Shown here piece by piece: positions 20,336 through 29,705 of a DNA stretch of 64,000 bases (position 1 is the first letter of the stretch; the number at the start of each line of letters is the position of its first letter). Location: positions 23,777 to 87,776 of the IMG/VR virus record IMGVR_UViG_3300008267_000014. The stretch is one strand, 5' to 3'. Source of the stretch: a virus. The position numbers were made by a program, and so were the translations under genes. The notes under the pieces are model-generated. The model did not search any database. It saw nothing but the letters and a program-made list of their open reading frames with translations, and was not told the DNA's origin.

Positions 20336-22297
20336 ATGTTATTAACAGATAGAATTGAATATTCAGGTGCTAGTGGTGACCATCTAATACATATCGTTGT
20401 CACTGGAGATACTTCTCAAAATCCCGCAGGTAGTTCATTTAAATTACCTCTAAGTAAAGTTGTCGATATTGTGCCTTACGCAACGGGTGGTACTTATAAT
20501 TCGATAACGGGTGATATAACGTTTACAAATAGTACAGGTGGAACATTTGTTGTTTCAGGTATAACTTGTGATACCATTGAAATAACTAATTCTGAATTTT
20601 TAAATTTAATAGATACTAATAGTGTAAAAGTAGGTTGTTTTTATAAAATAACTGACCCTATTAATGCTGATGAAGGAGTTATCGTTCAAGGTGTTATAAC
20701 TAATTCTAATTCTAGTTTACAAGGTAGTGGTATTTTTTTAAATGCCGATTATCAGGGAGTTGGTGATTATAGTGGGGTTAGTGGATATACAGGAAATATA
20801 GGTATTTGGGGAACAACACCTAGAAGTGTGTCGGTTGGAAATGTTGTATTATGGAATAACTTACATTATAAAAACTTAACAGGTTCATGGGGTTCAGCAC
20901 CAACTGGGGATAGTACAAATTGGGTTCTTTTAACAAAAAGCGTTACTAATGGTTATATTAGAGAAATTGATTTTATAAAATATAATGTTTACACTAATTT
21001 GGTTATTTATAGAGCTGATAGGAGATTAAACGAAGTTGATTATGCTACTTTTGGAGGAAGTGATAATAATTTTAATGAATTTCAATGGGGTAAAGATAGA
21101 GTAACTGGGAATAAGTTAAAGGGTAAAGGTAGAATGAATTGTGCTAATAGCAATTGTACTTTTACAAATAACTTAATAGAGGGTACTTTAACAGACACTA
21201 CTCAAGTTAATGGGTTCATTGGTAGTTATATTTCAAATATAATATCAAATGAAAGTTATATAACTTGTACTAACTATAATTATGGTTTTGTTACTAATAA
21301 TAGTTTAACAGGAGCATCTTATATATTATTTGGTTTTATTGAATATGGTTCAGAAATAATAAAAAATACTTTAAATACTAGCTCTTATATAGATATTAAC
21401 ATAACAGCAGGTTATAGAGCTTTTGTAAATAACATTTTACAAAATGAAAGCTATTTTATTTGTCCTAACATACAAGCAAGTTTAAGCAATAATTCAATAA
21501 ATAATAGGTCTTGGATAATTATTGATATTTGTGAGGGGGTGTTGATGGAAAATAGATTAAATTGTGGTAGTCAATTACTTATAGATTATGTTCAAACATT
21601 AATTCAATTTAATCAATTAGATAATAATAGTGTAATTACTATAAACCAATGTCAAACTGCATTACTTAAAAATACTTTAGATAAATCAACTATAACTATA
21701 AGCACAGTATGTAATTATACAATTCAAAGAAATTATTTAAGTCATTCTGTTATAACTGTACCAACTTTTAATGCTAGTTTTGAGGAAAATAATTTACAAA
21801 ATAGTGGTATTGTTGGTACAGAATTTAATTTTACTAATTATATTTTAAACTGTATTGTATCTAATTATTCAATAGATTTGAGTGTTATTACTAATGGGCA
21901 GCAATACAAAACATTAAATTTAGGATATAGTAATTTTGATAAAACTTTAGATTTAGACAATCCTACTATTTACGATTTGTCAACTCAAACTTTAATAATC
22001 CAAGATTTTGGTATTATTGGCATATATAGATTAACAAATACAACATCAAAAACTATTTCAAAAATAACTACTAATTATGGTGGTGATAGGGTAATGAGAT
22101 ATTACACAGATAGTAGTTTAGATTTTCAACATACTTTAATAGCAAGTGCAACTGATGGGGATTTAGTTTGTGACGCTCCAAGTAGTATAATTACGATTAT
22201 AGGTAGAACTATCGGTTCAGATTTTATAGAATATCAGCAAAGTATTGATGGTGGACAATGTTTAAATTTAAGAACAAATTTAGTAAAACTAGCTTAA
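20336..22297 (+). CDS. Tail fibre/spike-like protein with an Asn-rich beta-solenoid
   Basis: Periodic N.L.N.S.I.I units in the central third; N-terminal anchor-like peptide; TATTTAT upstream. Confidence 0.6.
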   Translation: MLLTDRIEYSGASGDHLIHIVVTGDTSQNPAGSSFKLPLSKVVDIVPYATGGTYNSITGDITFTNSTGGTFVVSGITCDTIEITNSEFLNLIDTNSVKVGCFYKITDPINADEGVIVQGVITNSNSSLQGSGIFLNADYQGVGDYSGVSGYTGNIGIWGTTPRSVSVGNVVLWNNLHYKNLTGSWGSAPTGDSTNWVLLTKSVTNGYIREIDFIKYNVYTNLVIYRADRRLNEVDYATFGGSDNNFNEFQWGKDRVTGNKLKGKGRMNCANSNCTFTNNLIEGTLTDTTQVNGFIGSYISNIISNESYITCTNYNYGFVTNNSLTGASYILFGFIEYGSEIIKNTLNTSSYIDINITAGYRAFVNNILQNESYFICPNIQASLSNNSINNRSWIIIDICEGVLMENRLNCGSQLLIDYVQTLIQFNQLDNNSVITINQCQTALLKNTLDKSTITISTVCNYTIQRNYLSHSVITVPTFNASFEENNLQNSGIVGTEFNFTNYILNCIVSNYSIDLSVITNGQQYKTLNLGYSNFDKTLDLDNPTIYDLSTQTLIIQDFGIIGIYRLTNTTSKTISKITTNYGGDRVMRYYTDSSLDFQHTLIASATDGDLVCDAPSSIITIIGRTIGSDFIEYQQSIDGGQCLNLRTNLVKLA

Positions 22298-22330
22298 ATA
22301 ATAAAATTAAAAAAAATATAATAAAAATTT

Positions 22331-25300
22331 ATGATAACATTAAGTGAAGTACCTTCAGGTGGGAGTTTTACAGGTGGAACTGTAAATGGTGCAACTTATT
22401 TTACAGGTGGATTAACAGCTAATACATTTAGTGCTACTACATATCTTAATTTACCTGAAAACCCATATTGGACTTCAGGGTCAACTTGGAACGGAACAAA
22501 TTATCCGATTAAAGCGAATAATGATAGTGGGTTAGATGCTACAGGTGATTATTCAGTTGCTGAAGGTTATAATACAACTGCGGTTGGATTTGGTAGTCAT
22601 GTCGAAGGTTCTAGCTCGACATCTATAGGTGTTATTTCACACGCTGAAGGTTATTTTACTATATCATGTGGTGGTTATAGTCATGCTGAAGGTTGTTTAA
22701 CTATTTCTTGTGGTTATACTAGTCATTCTGAGGGTAGTGAAACCACCGCAATAGGGTTTGCAAGTCATGCTGAAGGTGAAAAGACTAAATCTTGTGGAAT
22801 ATCTAGTCATGCTGAAGGATATTTAACCATATCGTGTGGTGATAGAAGTCATACTGAAGGTCTTTGTACAACATCAATTGGTGATAATAGTCATGCTGAA
22901 GGTGAATGTACAATAACTAGTGGTAATAGTAGTCATGCTGAAGGTTTTATTACGACCGCTATTGGGTGTTATAGTCACAGTGAAGGTGAATGTACCATGG
23001 CTTGTGGTTGTGCTAGTCACGTTGAAGGTCAATTTAGTAGTGCGATTGGTGATTTTTCACACGCGGAAGGTTGGGTTAGTAAAGCCTATGGGTGGGCTAG
23101 TCACACACAAAATGATAGTACAGTTGCTTGTGGTGATGCAAGTCACGCCGAAGGTAGTGAAACTACCGCTATCGGTAATCTAAGTCACGCTGAAGGGGGT
23201 GATACTACGGCTATTGGTGATAATAGTCACGTAGAAGGTCAATTCACAACGGGTTGTGGGTACGCAAGTCATGCTGAAGGATTTGGGTCTTTAGCTTATG
23301 GATGTGCAAGTCATGCCGAAGGTCAATTAACAATAGCTACGGGACAAATGTCACATGCTGAAGGATATTCAACAAAAACTGGAGGTGAAATATTAGAACC
23401 GTTTAATAATAACGGAATATTTTATTCGGCATCAACTAACCCGTTATTATATGTATTATATGATTTTTCATCGTTGATTAGTGGTACTAGAATTCAAGTA
23501 AGTACTATTAATAGTGCATTTGAATCTTTCGTAGCTTCAACTTATTATGATAGTATATCAGGTATGACTATCATTACGTTAACTTCTGACGAATACGGGT
23601 TAGACATATCTTACACAACTGAAGGTATATCCATATTTAATTTTCAAAACACAATACAAGGAGATGCTTCACATGCTGAAGGTCAAATGTCGGTCGCATA
23701 TGGTGATGCTTCACATGCTGAAGGTAGAAATACAATAGCTTATGGTGATTATTCACATTCTGAAGGTATAACTACAACATCTTGTGGTTGTTACTCACAT
23801 TCTGAAGGAGTGTTAACTACTTCGTTAGGAGTTGCTTCACACGCAGAAGGTAGTCGTACAACCGCTTGTAATGTACATACTCATTCGGAAGGTGCTTGTA
23901 CTATTGCCGATGGTGACGGCTCACACTCTGAGGGTATTTATAGTACCTCCGTGGGTCATTATTCTCACGTTGAAGGTGTTGGTACAACATCGATAGGTTA
24001 TGGTTCGCATGCTGAAGGTGGTTTTTATGATAGTATTGAAGATACATTTTATGAGGGTGGAACGTCAATAGGACGTGGTTCACACGCTGAAGGTTATAAA
24101 ACAACATCATTTAGTACTGTTTCACATTCGGAAGGTACTCAAACAAGGTCAGGTATTAACGCTTACGGGATATCCGCAGAAACTGTAACAAACGGATTTT
24201 TGATTTTAAATACTATATATGACGTTAGCACTGAGTTTTCGATAGGGGATACTGTTATTTTAGAAGATGTGCCGTTATTAAACATATTATCAACTGTAAG
24301 TAGTGTATTTTTTAATGGAACTTTAACAACGATACAATTATCCAATTCAGGTTTAACTGGTAATTATAAAAAAATTGCCAATATAGATAATGTTAATCCT
24401 AATTACGCTGATTCATCGATAGGTTATGGTTCGCATGCTGAGGGTGCTGGTACAAAATCAATTGCTGGATATAGTCATGTTGAAGGGGTTAATACTAAAA
24501 CTTATGGTGGTGGTTCACATGCTGAAGGTAGAGATACAACAACTATCGGAAGAGCATCACATTCGGAAGGTGATTGTACTGTTGCGACAGGTTACAGTTC
24601 TCACGCTGAAGGTGGTTGTAACAATTCATATGGGACTTTCTCACACGCTGAAGGTAGATGTACCATGGCTTGTAATTGGATGTCACATTCGGAAGGTGAT
24701 TGTACAACATCTTTAGGTTATGGTTCACATTCAGAAGGTTATTCTACTACATCAGGAGCTAAAGGATTTAGTATATATAATAATACGGTTTCAAATGGGT
24801 TATTACAATTAGAAAATAATTATGGTGATGTTACATCGGAATTTAATCCTAATAATACGGTAACATTATTTGATGGGACGTATTTTAATCCTGTTTTCAC
24901 TATTTCTGCGGTTACATATGATATATTATTATCCGCAACAACAATTCAATTATATCAAAGTTGGGTCACAAGTACATATTTACAAATTGTTAATTTAAAT
25001 AATTTAGATAGTGTGTATGCGGACGCACCTGTTGGTGATTTTTCACATTCTGAAGGGTATTGTACTAAAGCTATTGGCTACCAATCCGAATCGCAAGGTC
25101 TTTGTACTATATCATTTGGTAATACGTCACATTCTGAAGGTCAGAAAACAACTGCAATTGGTGGTGCTAGTCATTCTGAAGGTAGTGATACAACGGCATT
25201 TGGGTGTTCTAGTCATGCTGAAGGTCTTTGTACTATGGCTTGTGGTAATTATAGTCATTCTGAAGGTAGTGAAACAATTGCTTACTGTGATAATAGTCAC

Positions 25301-25744
25301 GCTGGTGGAGTTTCGTCAATCGCTAGTGGTGATACATCATTTATTCATTCAACTTGTTCGGTAGTAACAGGTGACAGAAGTGCTGTTATTGGTGGTCAAA
25401 ATATTACGGGAACAACAAATGATACTGTTTATGTACCTAATTTGAATATTGGTATTATTGGGTCGGGTACAAGTGTTAGTATTTTAGGTGTTGATGGTAG
25501 TGGTTATGTTGTTAGTGGTAATAGTCTAACAAGTAAGTATATTACAAATTTAACATTCACTGGTAGTGAAACTAAAACTATTACCCATAACCTTAATACA
25601 AAATTTGTTCATTGTTCAGTTTGGGACACTAGTACTAATGAATTAATAACGGCACAAGTTGTGAGGGTTACCGGTAGTGAAACTACTTCATTATACATTA
25701 CTATTGCAACTGCGGGTAATTATGATATATTAATAACAGGATAA
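22331..25744 (+). CDS. Tail fibre/adhesin with 14-aa SHAEG (YadA-head-like beta-roll) repeats and three inserted domains
   Basis: Dozens of G..SHAEG..T repeats at 14-aa period; neck GGQNITG..DTVYVPNL; C-terminal TITHNLNT domain. Confidence 0.8.
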   Translation: MITLSEVPSGGSFTGGTVNGATYFTGGLTANTFSATTYLNLPENPYWTSGSTWNGTNYPIKANNDSGLDATGDYSVAEGYNTTAVGFGSHVEGSSSTSIGVISHAEGYFTISCGGYSHAEGCLTISCGYTSHSEGSETTAIGFASHAEGEKTKSCGISSHAEGYLTISCGDRSHTEGLCTTSIGDNSHAEGECTITSGNSSHAEGFITTAIGCYSHSEGECTMACGCASHVEGQFSSAIGDFSHAEGWVSKAYGWASHTQNDSTVACGDASHAEGSETTAIGNLSHAEGGDTTAIGDNSHVEGQFTTGCGYASHAEGFGSLAYGCASHAEGQLTIATGQMSHAEGYSTKTGGEILEPFNNNGIFYSASTNPLLYVLYDFSSLISGTRIQVSTINSAFESFVASTYYDSISGMTIITLTSDEYGLDISYTTEGISIFNFQNTIQGDASHAEGQMSVAYGDASHAEGRNTIAYGDYSHSEGITTTSCGCYSHSEGVLTTSLGVASHAEGSRTTACNVHTHSEGACTIADGDGSHSEGIYSTSVGHYSHVEGVGTTSIGYGSHAEGGFYDSIEDTFYEGGTSIGRGSHAEGYKTTSFSTVSHSEGTQTRSGINAYGISAETVTNGFLILNTIYDVSTEFSIGDTVILEDVPLLNILSTVSSVFFNGTLTTIQLSNSGLTGNYKKIANIDNVNPNYADSSIGYGSHAEGAGTKSIAGYSHVEGVNTKTYGGGSHAEGRDTTTIGRASHSEGDCTVATGYSSHAEGGCNNSYGTFSHAEGRCTMACNWMSHSEGDCTTSLGYGSHSEGYSTTSGAKGFSIYNNTVSNGLLQLENNYGDVTSEFNPNNTVTLFDGTYFNPVFTISAVTYDILLSATTIQLYQSWVTSTYLQIVNLNNLDSVYADAPVGDFSHSEGYCTKAIGYQSESQGLCTISFGNTSHSEGQKTTAIGGASHSEGSDTTAFGCSSHAEGLCTMACGNYSHSEGSETIAYCDNSHAGGVSSIASGDTSFIHSTCSVVTGDRSAVIGGQNITGTTNDTVYVPNLNIGIIGSGTSVSILGVDGSGYVVSGNSLTSKYITNLTFTGSETKTITHNLNTKFVHCSVWDTSTNELITAQVVRVTGSETTSLYITIATAGNYDILITG
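22353..22570 (+). repeat. 218-bp direct repeat, copy 1 (copy 2 at 31921-32138)
   Basis: Ungapped near-identical DNA encoding SGGSFTGGTVNG...LPENPYWTSGSTWNG.NYPIKANNDSGLDATG.YSVAEGY. Confidence 0.9.
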
Positions 25745-25760
25745 TTTTAAAAATTAAAAT

Positions 25761-28004
25761 ATGGCAAATAGAATAGAAACAGGATTAAATATAAAAGGAT
25801 TAAGTGGTGATACTAACGCATTACACGTAACAGGTAACTCATTTATAAATGGTGATGTTAACATCACAGGTAATGTTAATGTTATTGGTACAGCAACAAC
25901 TTTAAATACTGAAACCGTTCAAACAAGAGATAATAGAATACTGTTGAATTATAGTGGTACTACATTAAGTGCGATTGGTGGTGGTATTGAAGTTTTAAGT
26001 GGTAAAACTAATGGTACTAATATTAGTTTAACTACGGATAGTAATGGTGATTGGAATTCAAATACTGGTCTAAATATTAGTGGTAGGACTTCTGATAATA
26101 CAACATATGGTTTAAGAGTACAAAATAACGGTGGTACAGATAATTTAGTTATTAGAAATGATGGTAATGTTGGTATTGGGACAAGTAGTCCAACAAGAAT
26201 TTTGGATAGTAGAGGTACTTTTAATCTACAACCAAGTACAAACACTTTTTTAAGATTTGATTCTTACATGATAGAAGCCCAAGTTGGTAGTTCAAGTAAC
26301 GCCTTAGCCATTAATATAGATAATTTTGGTGGTTCTCAATTAAGAGGTAGTGGTTCTTCTGGGTTAGTAAGTGGTTCAAATAGTTTCGGTATAACTAGTG
26401 GTGGGTTAGGTTGGTTTAGGATAGACGATAAACTTATTTTTTCATATAGTGATAATTACGTTATAGGATGGTGGGATTTACAAAATAGTAGATTTAGAAT
26501 AGGTGGTGGGGGATATTCACCAATTTATTCTTCAACCACAGAAACATTTGAAGTTATTGGTACTTCAAAAATAAGTGGTAATGTCGGTATAGGTATAACT
26601 GGTTCAACAGATGTTAATACTAAACTTAAAATCGTTGGTACAGATTCATCATCAAATTACGGATTAAAAGTCCAAAATAGTGGTGGTACAGATAATTTAG
26701 TAGTTAGAAATGATGGTAACGTTGGTATCGGAACAAGTAGTCCAATATCTAAATTACATATTAAAACAACACAAAATCTTACTTCTAATATTGATTACTT
26801 TTTACTAGGAAGTGATATATCTAATTATTTCATTAGAGCTCACACAAATGGTTATGGTAGTTATGAGACAAGTAGTTTAAAGTTCGCAACTTATGGTGGT
26901 GATATTAATTTTACACTAGGTTCTAATGCTCAAAATAATTTTAATGTTAAACATTCAATATTTAATAATGAATTTAATGTTGGTGGTGGTAGTTTTTATA
27001 GTAAATTTTATCATGGTGGTTTTGCACAAAGTGATGGTATTATCGATGAGTCTTATTTTACTGGTTCAATTATTCCGTCAAGAAAAACGACAAAAACCAT
27101 TATATCTAATAATGAAGGTGGTACTCTTGCTGATACGTATGAAGGATTAAGAATTAGGAAAGGTAATTGGGTTAATACATCTGGTACTACATATTACCCA
27201 TTAATCGCTTTAGATGGTAATGTTGGTATCGGAACGGCAACACCAAATGCAAAACTAACCATAGAAAGTCAAAGTGGTATTACTTATCCACTTAGTGTTT
27301 CTAGTGTAAATGTAGGTTTAACTAGAAGTAGATTCCTAAATGCTGGTGGTAATCAAACTGACATACAGATAGGTAATAATAATGGTGGTAATTCATTATA
27401 CTTAGGTTTAACAAATACTTCAATACCTTATTTAGATAATAGAACTAGTAATAATTTCGAATATCAAATAGTTGGTATTCCAAAAGTTACAATAGACACA
27501 TCTGGTAATGTTGGTATAGGGACAAGTACCCCTGGATTTAAACTTCAAGTTATTAACGATAATAATACTGTTGGGATAGAAACAACTGTTGATGGTTCTT
27601 CTACACCATTACGACTAACATCTACAGATGGAGGGTTTTCAGATAATCAAGAAATAAGAATTGATACTTACCAATCATCATCAATAGTTACAAGATTTGC
27701 CACTTACTACGATAGTTCAACAACATGGGGATTTAAATTTTATGGGACAAATAGTTTCTTAAATTCTCAACCAATAATGACATTAAATGGTAATGGTAAC
27801 GTTGGTATTGGAACAACATCACCAACGGCTAAATTAGATATATCCGGTAATACCGGTTATAATCAATTAAGGTTAAGGACATCTTATACACCAACAAGTT
27901 CTAGTGATACTAGCGGTAATGTCGGTGATATAGCTTGGGATGACAATTATTTTTATTGGAAAACATCATCACAATGGTTAAGAGTTAGTGGTCAAACGTT
28001 TTAA
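25761..28004 (+). CDS. Long tail fibre protein with six GNVGIG(T) shaft repeats
   Basis: GNVGIG occurs six times; N-terminal GNVNVIGTATTLNTETV..DNRILLN; C-terminal PTSSSDTSGNVGDIAWDDNYFYWK module. Confidence 0.8.
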   Translation: MANRIETGLNIKGLSGDTNALHVTGNSFINGDVNITGNVNVIGTATTLNTETVQTRDNRILLNYSGTTLSAIGGGIEVLSGKTNGTNISLTTDSNGDWNSNTGLNISGRTSDNTTYGLRVQNNGGTDNLVIRNDGNVGIGTSSPTRILDSRGTFNLQPSTNTFLRFDSYMIEAQVGSSSNALAINIDNFGGSQLRGSGSSGLVSGSNSFGITSGGLGWFRIDDKLIFSYSDNYVIGWWDLQNSRFRIGGGGYSPIYSSTTETFEVIGTSKISGNVGIGITGSTDVNTKLKIVGTDSSSNYGLKVQNSGGTDNLVVRNDGNVGIGTSSPISKLHIKTTQNLTSNIDYFLLGSDISNYFIRAHTNGYGSYETSSLKFATYGGDINFTLGSNAQNNFNVKHSIFNNEFNVGGGSFYSKFYHGGFAQSDGIIDESYFTGSIIPSRKTTKTIISNNEGGTLADTYEGLRIRKGNWVNTSGTTYYPLIALDGNVGIGTATPNAKLTIESQSGITYPLSVSSVNVGLTRSRFLNAGGNQTDIQIGNNNGGNSLYLGLTNTSIPYLDNRTSNNFEYQIVGIPKVTIDTSGNVGIGTSTPGFKLQVINDNNTVGIETTVDGSSTPLRLTSTDGGFSDNQEIRIDTYQSSSIVTRFATYYDSSTTWGFKFYGTNSFLNSQPIMTLNGNGNVGIGTTSPTAKLDISGNTGYNQLRLRTSYTPTSSSDTSGNVGDIAWDDNYFYWKTSSQWLRVSGQTF

Positions 28005-28021
28005 AAAAAATATTATATATA

Positions 28022-28058
28022 AAAAGTCAGATTAAAGAAATCTGACTTTTATTTTTTT
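28022..28058. terminator. Bidirectional terminator between convergent fibre and FkbM genes
   Basis: AAAAGTCAGATT (28022-28033), 5-nt loop, AATCTGACTTTT (28039-28050), with A/T runs on both sides. Confidence 0.75.
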
Positions 28059-28712
28059 AGGGTCTATATATTGTTCACAATATTCTAATAGGTTTTTAGG
28101 TGTATTGATTTCATCATTTTTTAATGTATGAAATTCCCCTATTAAGTATTCTATTTTATTAAATAATTCAGGATTTATATTTTTAAGAATATCATATTCC
28201 GCCCCCTCACAGTCTATTTTTAATAGTTTAATTTTATTAACCTTTTCAGTTTTTAAAATGTCATCTATAACTACATTAATGGGTAATGATTTAATAATAT
28301 TTTTATAGTATAAACCAACGGGTTCTTCATATACAAAAGATGAACCACCTGTATTACCAACTGGCATATTCATTATAACATCTCTACCATCAGAAGTGAT
28401 TGCGTTATTAAAAATCCTTACATTATTTATATTATTTAATTGAATGTTTTTACTTAAACAATGAAATGTATTATATGTTGGCTCAAATGAAAATATTTTA
28501 CAATTAGGATTAACTTTAGATAAATAAGTTGAAACAACACCTACGTGAGCCCCAATGTCAATAATAACATCATCATCATTTATTTTTAATTCATTTAGAT
28601 GGTATTCTTCTTTCAGTTCTTCATAAATCCAATATACTGAATTTGATTTTTTATGGTCGTAAAATTTAATACGTTCATCTAGTATTCTTATTTCTTTAAG
28701 TGAGTTTATCAT
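28032..28712 (-). CDS. FkbM-family SAM-dependent methyltransferase
   Basis: IIDIGAHVG, FSFEP, and LLKIDCEGAEYDIL...IGEFH motifs. Confidence 0.92.
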   Translation of the reverse strand: MINSLKEIRILDERIKFYDHKKSNSVYWIYEELKEEYHLNELKINDDDVIIDIGAHVGVVSTYLSKVNPNCKIFSFEPTYNTFHCLSKNIQLNNINNVRIFNNAITSDGRDVIMNMPVGNTGGSSFVYEEPVGLYYKNIIKSLPINVVIDDILKTEKVNKIKLLKIDCEGAEYDILKNINPELFNKIEYLIGEFHTLKNDEINTPKNLLEYCEQYIDPKKIKVRFL

Positions 28713-29617
28713 AATTCAAATTCAATATCGTAAGCTTTATCTTTTTCAAGAGATTTTATAATATCATTAACATTAAATAATGTTTTGGTATCAAATGGAA
28801 ATTCGGTAGGTTTACCTGTAATATCGTAAGGTTGTAAATAACTTTTTTGAGTTGTATGATGAACTATTTTAGCATCTGTCACAATATTATCATGTAAATC
28901 ATAACCAAATACTTTTGGATTATTCACGACCCAACAAACTGTTGATGGTATATTAAGTGCCGTTGATATATGTTGACAAACTGAGTCAATGAATAAACGT
29001 TTATCTGAATACATTATCATAATAGCGATTTCTCTCATTGGTTTAGTTAAACCTTCAGCACCGTTAATTAAAATTTGTTTTTCACCTTTAATTTGGAAGG
29101 TATGATAACCTAAATTATTATAATGTCTAACAATTTTCTCACAGTCTATTACAGGTAAATCTCTAGCCCAAGAATAACCTTCTTCATAAGAACCACCGAA
29201 TGGTTGTATTAAAAAAATTGGTTTATTTATTTTTGAAATAATTGTATTTCTAACATATGAAATTTCTCTTTGTGAGAAAAATAATTCAGGTTGTTCACCG
29301 TTATATGGTATATTAAATAAATCACACCAAATTTTAATTAAATGTGCTCTTTCGTATAAATAATCTTCAGTATCATAAGGATTTAAAATCATTATTTTAC
29401 TGTTTTTATTTTTAACATAATCATCGTAGAAATATTTTAATTCACCGAATTTAAATATTTTATATACGTTAGGATTATTATACCATAAATCATCCCAAGC
29501 TGTAACAATGATAATTTTACTTTGAGGGTATTGTTTTTTTAATGCTTTAATAACGGCGGTTGCCATAACATTTTTACCCGCACCCCCTTTTATTTCGAAA
29601 ATAATATATTCGTGCAT
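28709..29617 (-). CDS. GT9-like (ADP-heptose:LPS heptosyltransferase fold) glycosyltransferase
   Basis: GGAGKNVMATAVIKALKKQYP..KIIIV, NNPNV, FLIQPFGG..W.RD, and FIDSVCQHISTALNIPSTVCW (GT9 DSg..H.AaAl..P motif). 4-bp overlap with the FkbM gene. Confidence 0.8.
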   Translation of the reverse strand: MHEYIIFEIKGGAGKNVMATAVIKALKKQYPQSKIIIVTAWDDLWYNNPNVYKIFKFGELKYFYDDYVKNKNSKIMILNPYDTEDYLYERAHLIKIWCDLFNIPYNGEQPELFFSQREISYVRNTIISKINKPIFLIQPFGGSYEEGYSWARDLPVIDCEKIVRHYNNLGYHTFQIKGEKQILINGAEGLTKPMREIAIMIMYSDKRLFIDSVCQHISTALNIPSTVCWVVNNPKVFGYDLHDNIVTDAKIVHHTTQKSYLQPYDITGKPTEFPFDTKTLFNVNDIIKSLEKDKAYDIEFEL

Positions 29618-29705
29618 ATGAATAGTTTTAAATAAAAAAATATAATATTAAACGAAAAACTAAACTGTGCGGATTGATATTTATATTATAAAAAAATAAT
29701 ATATT

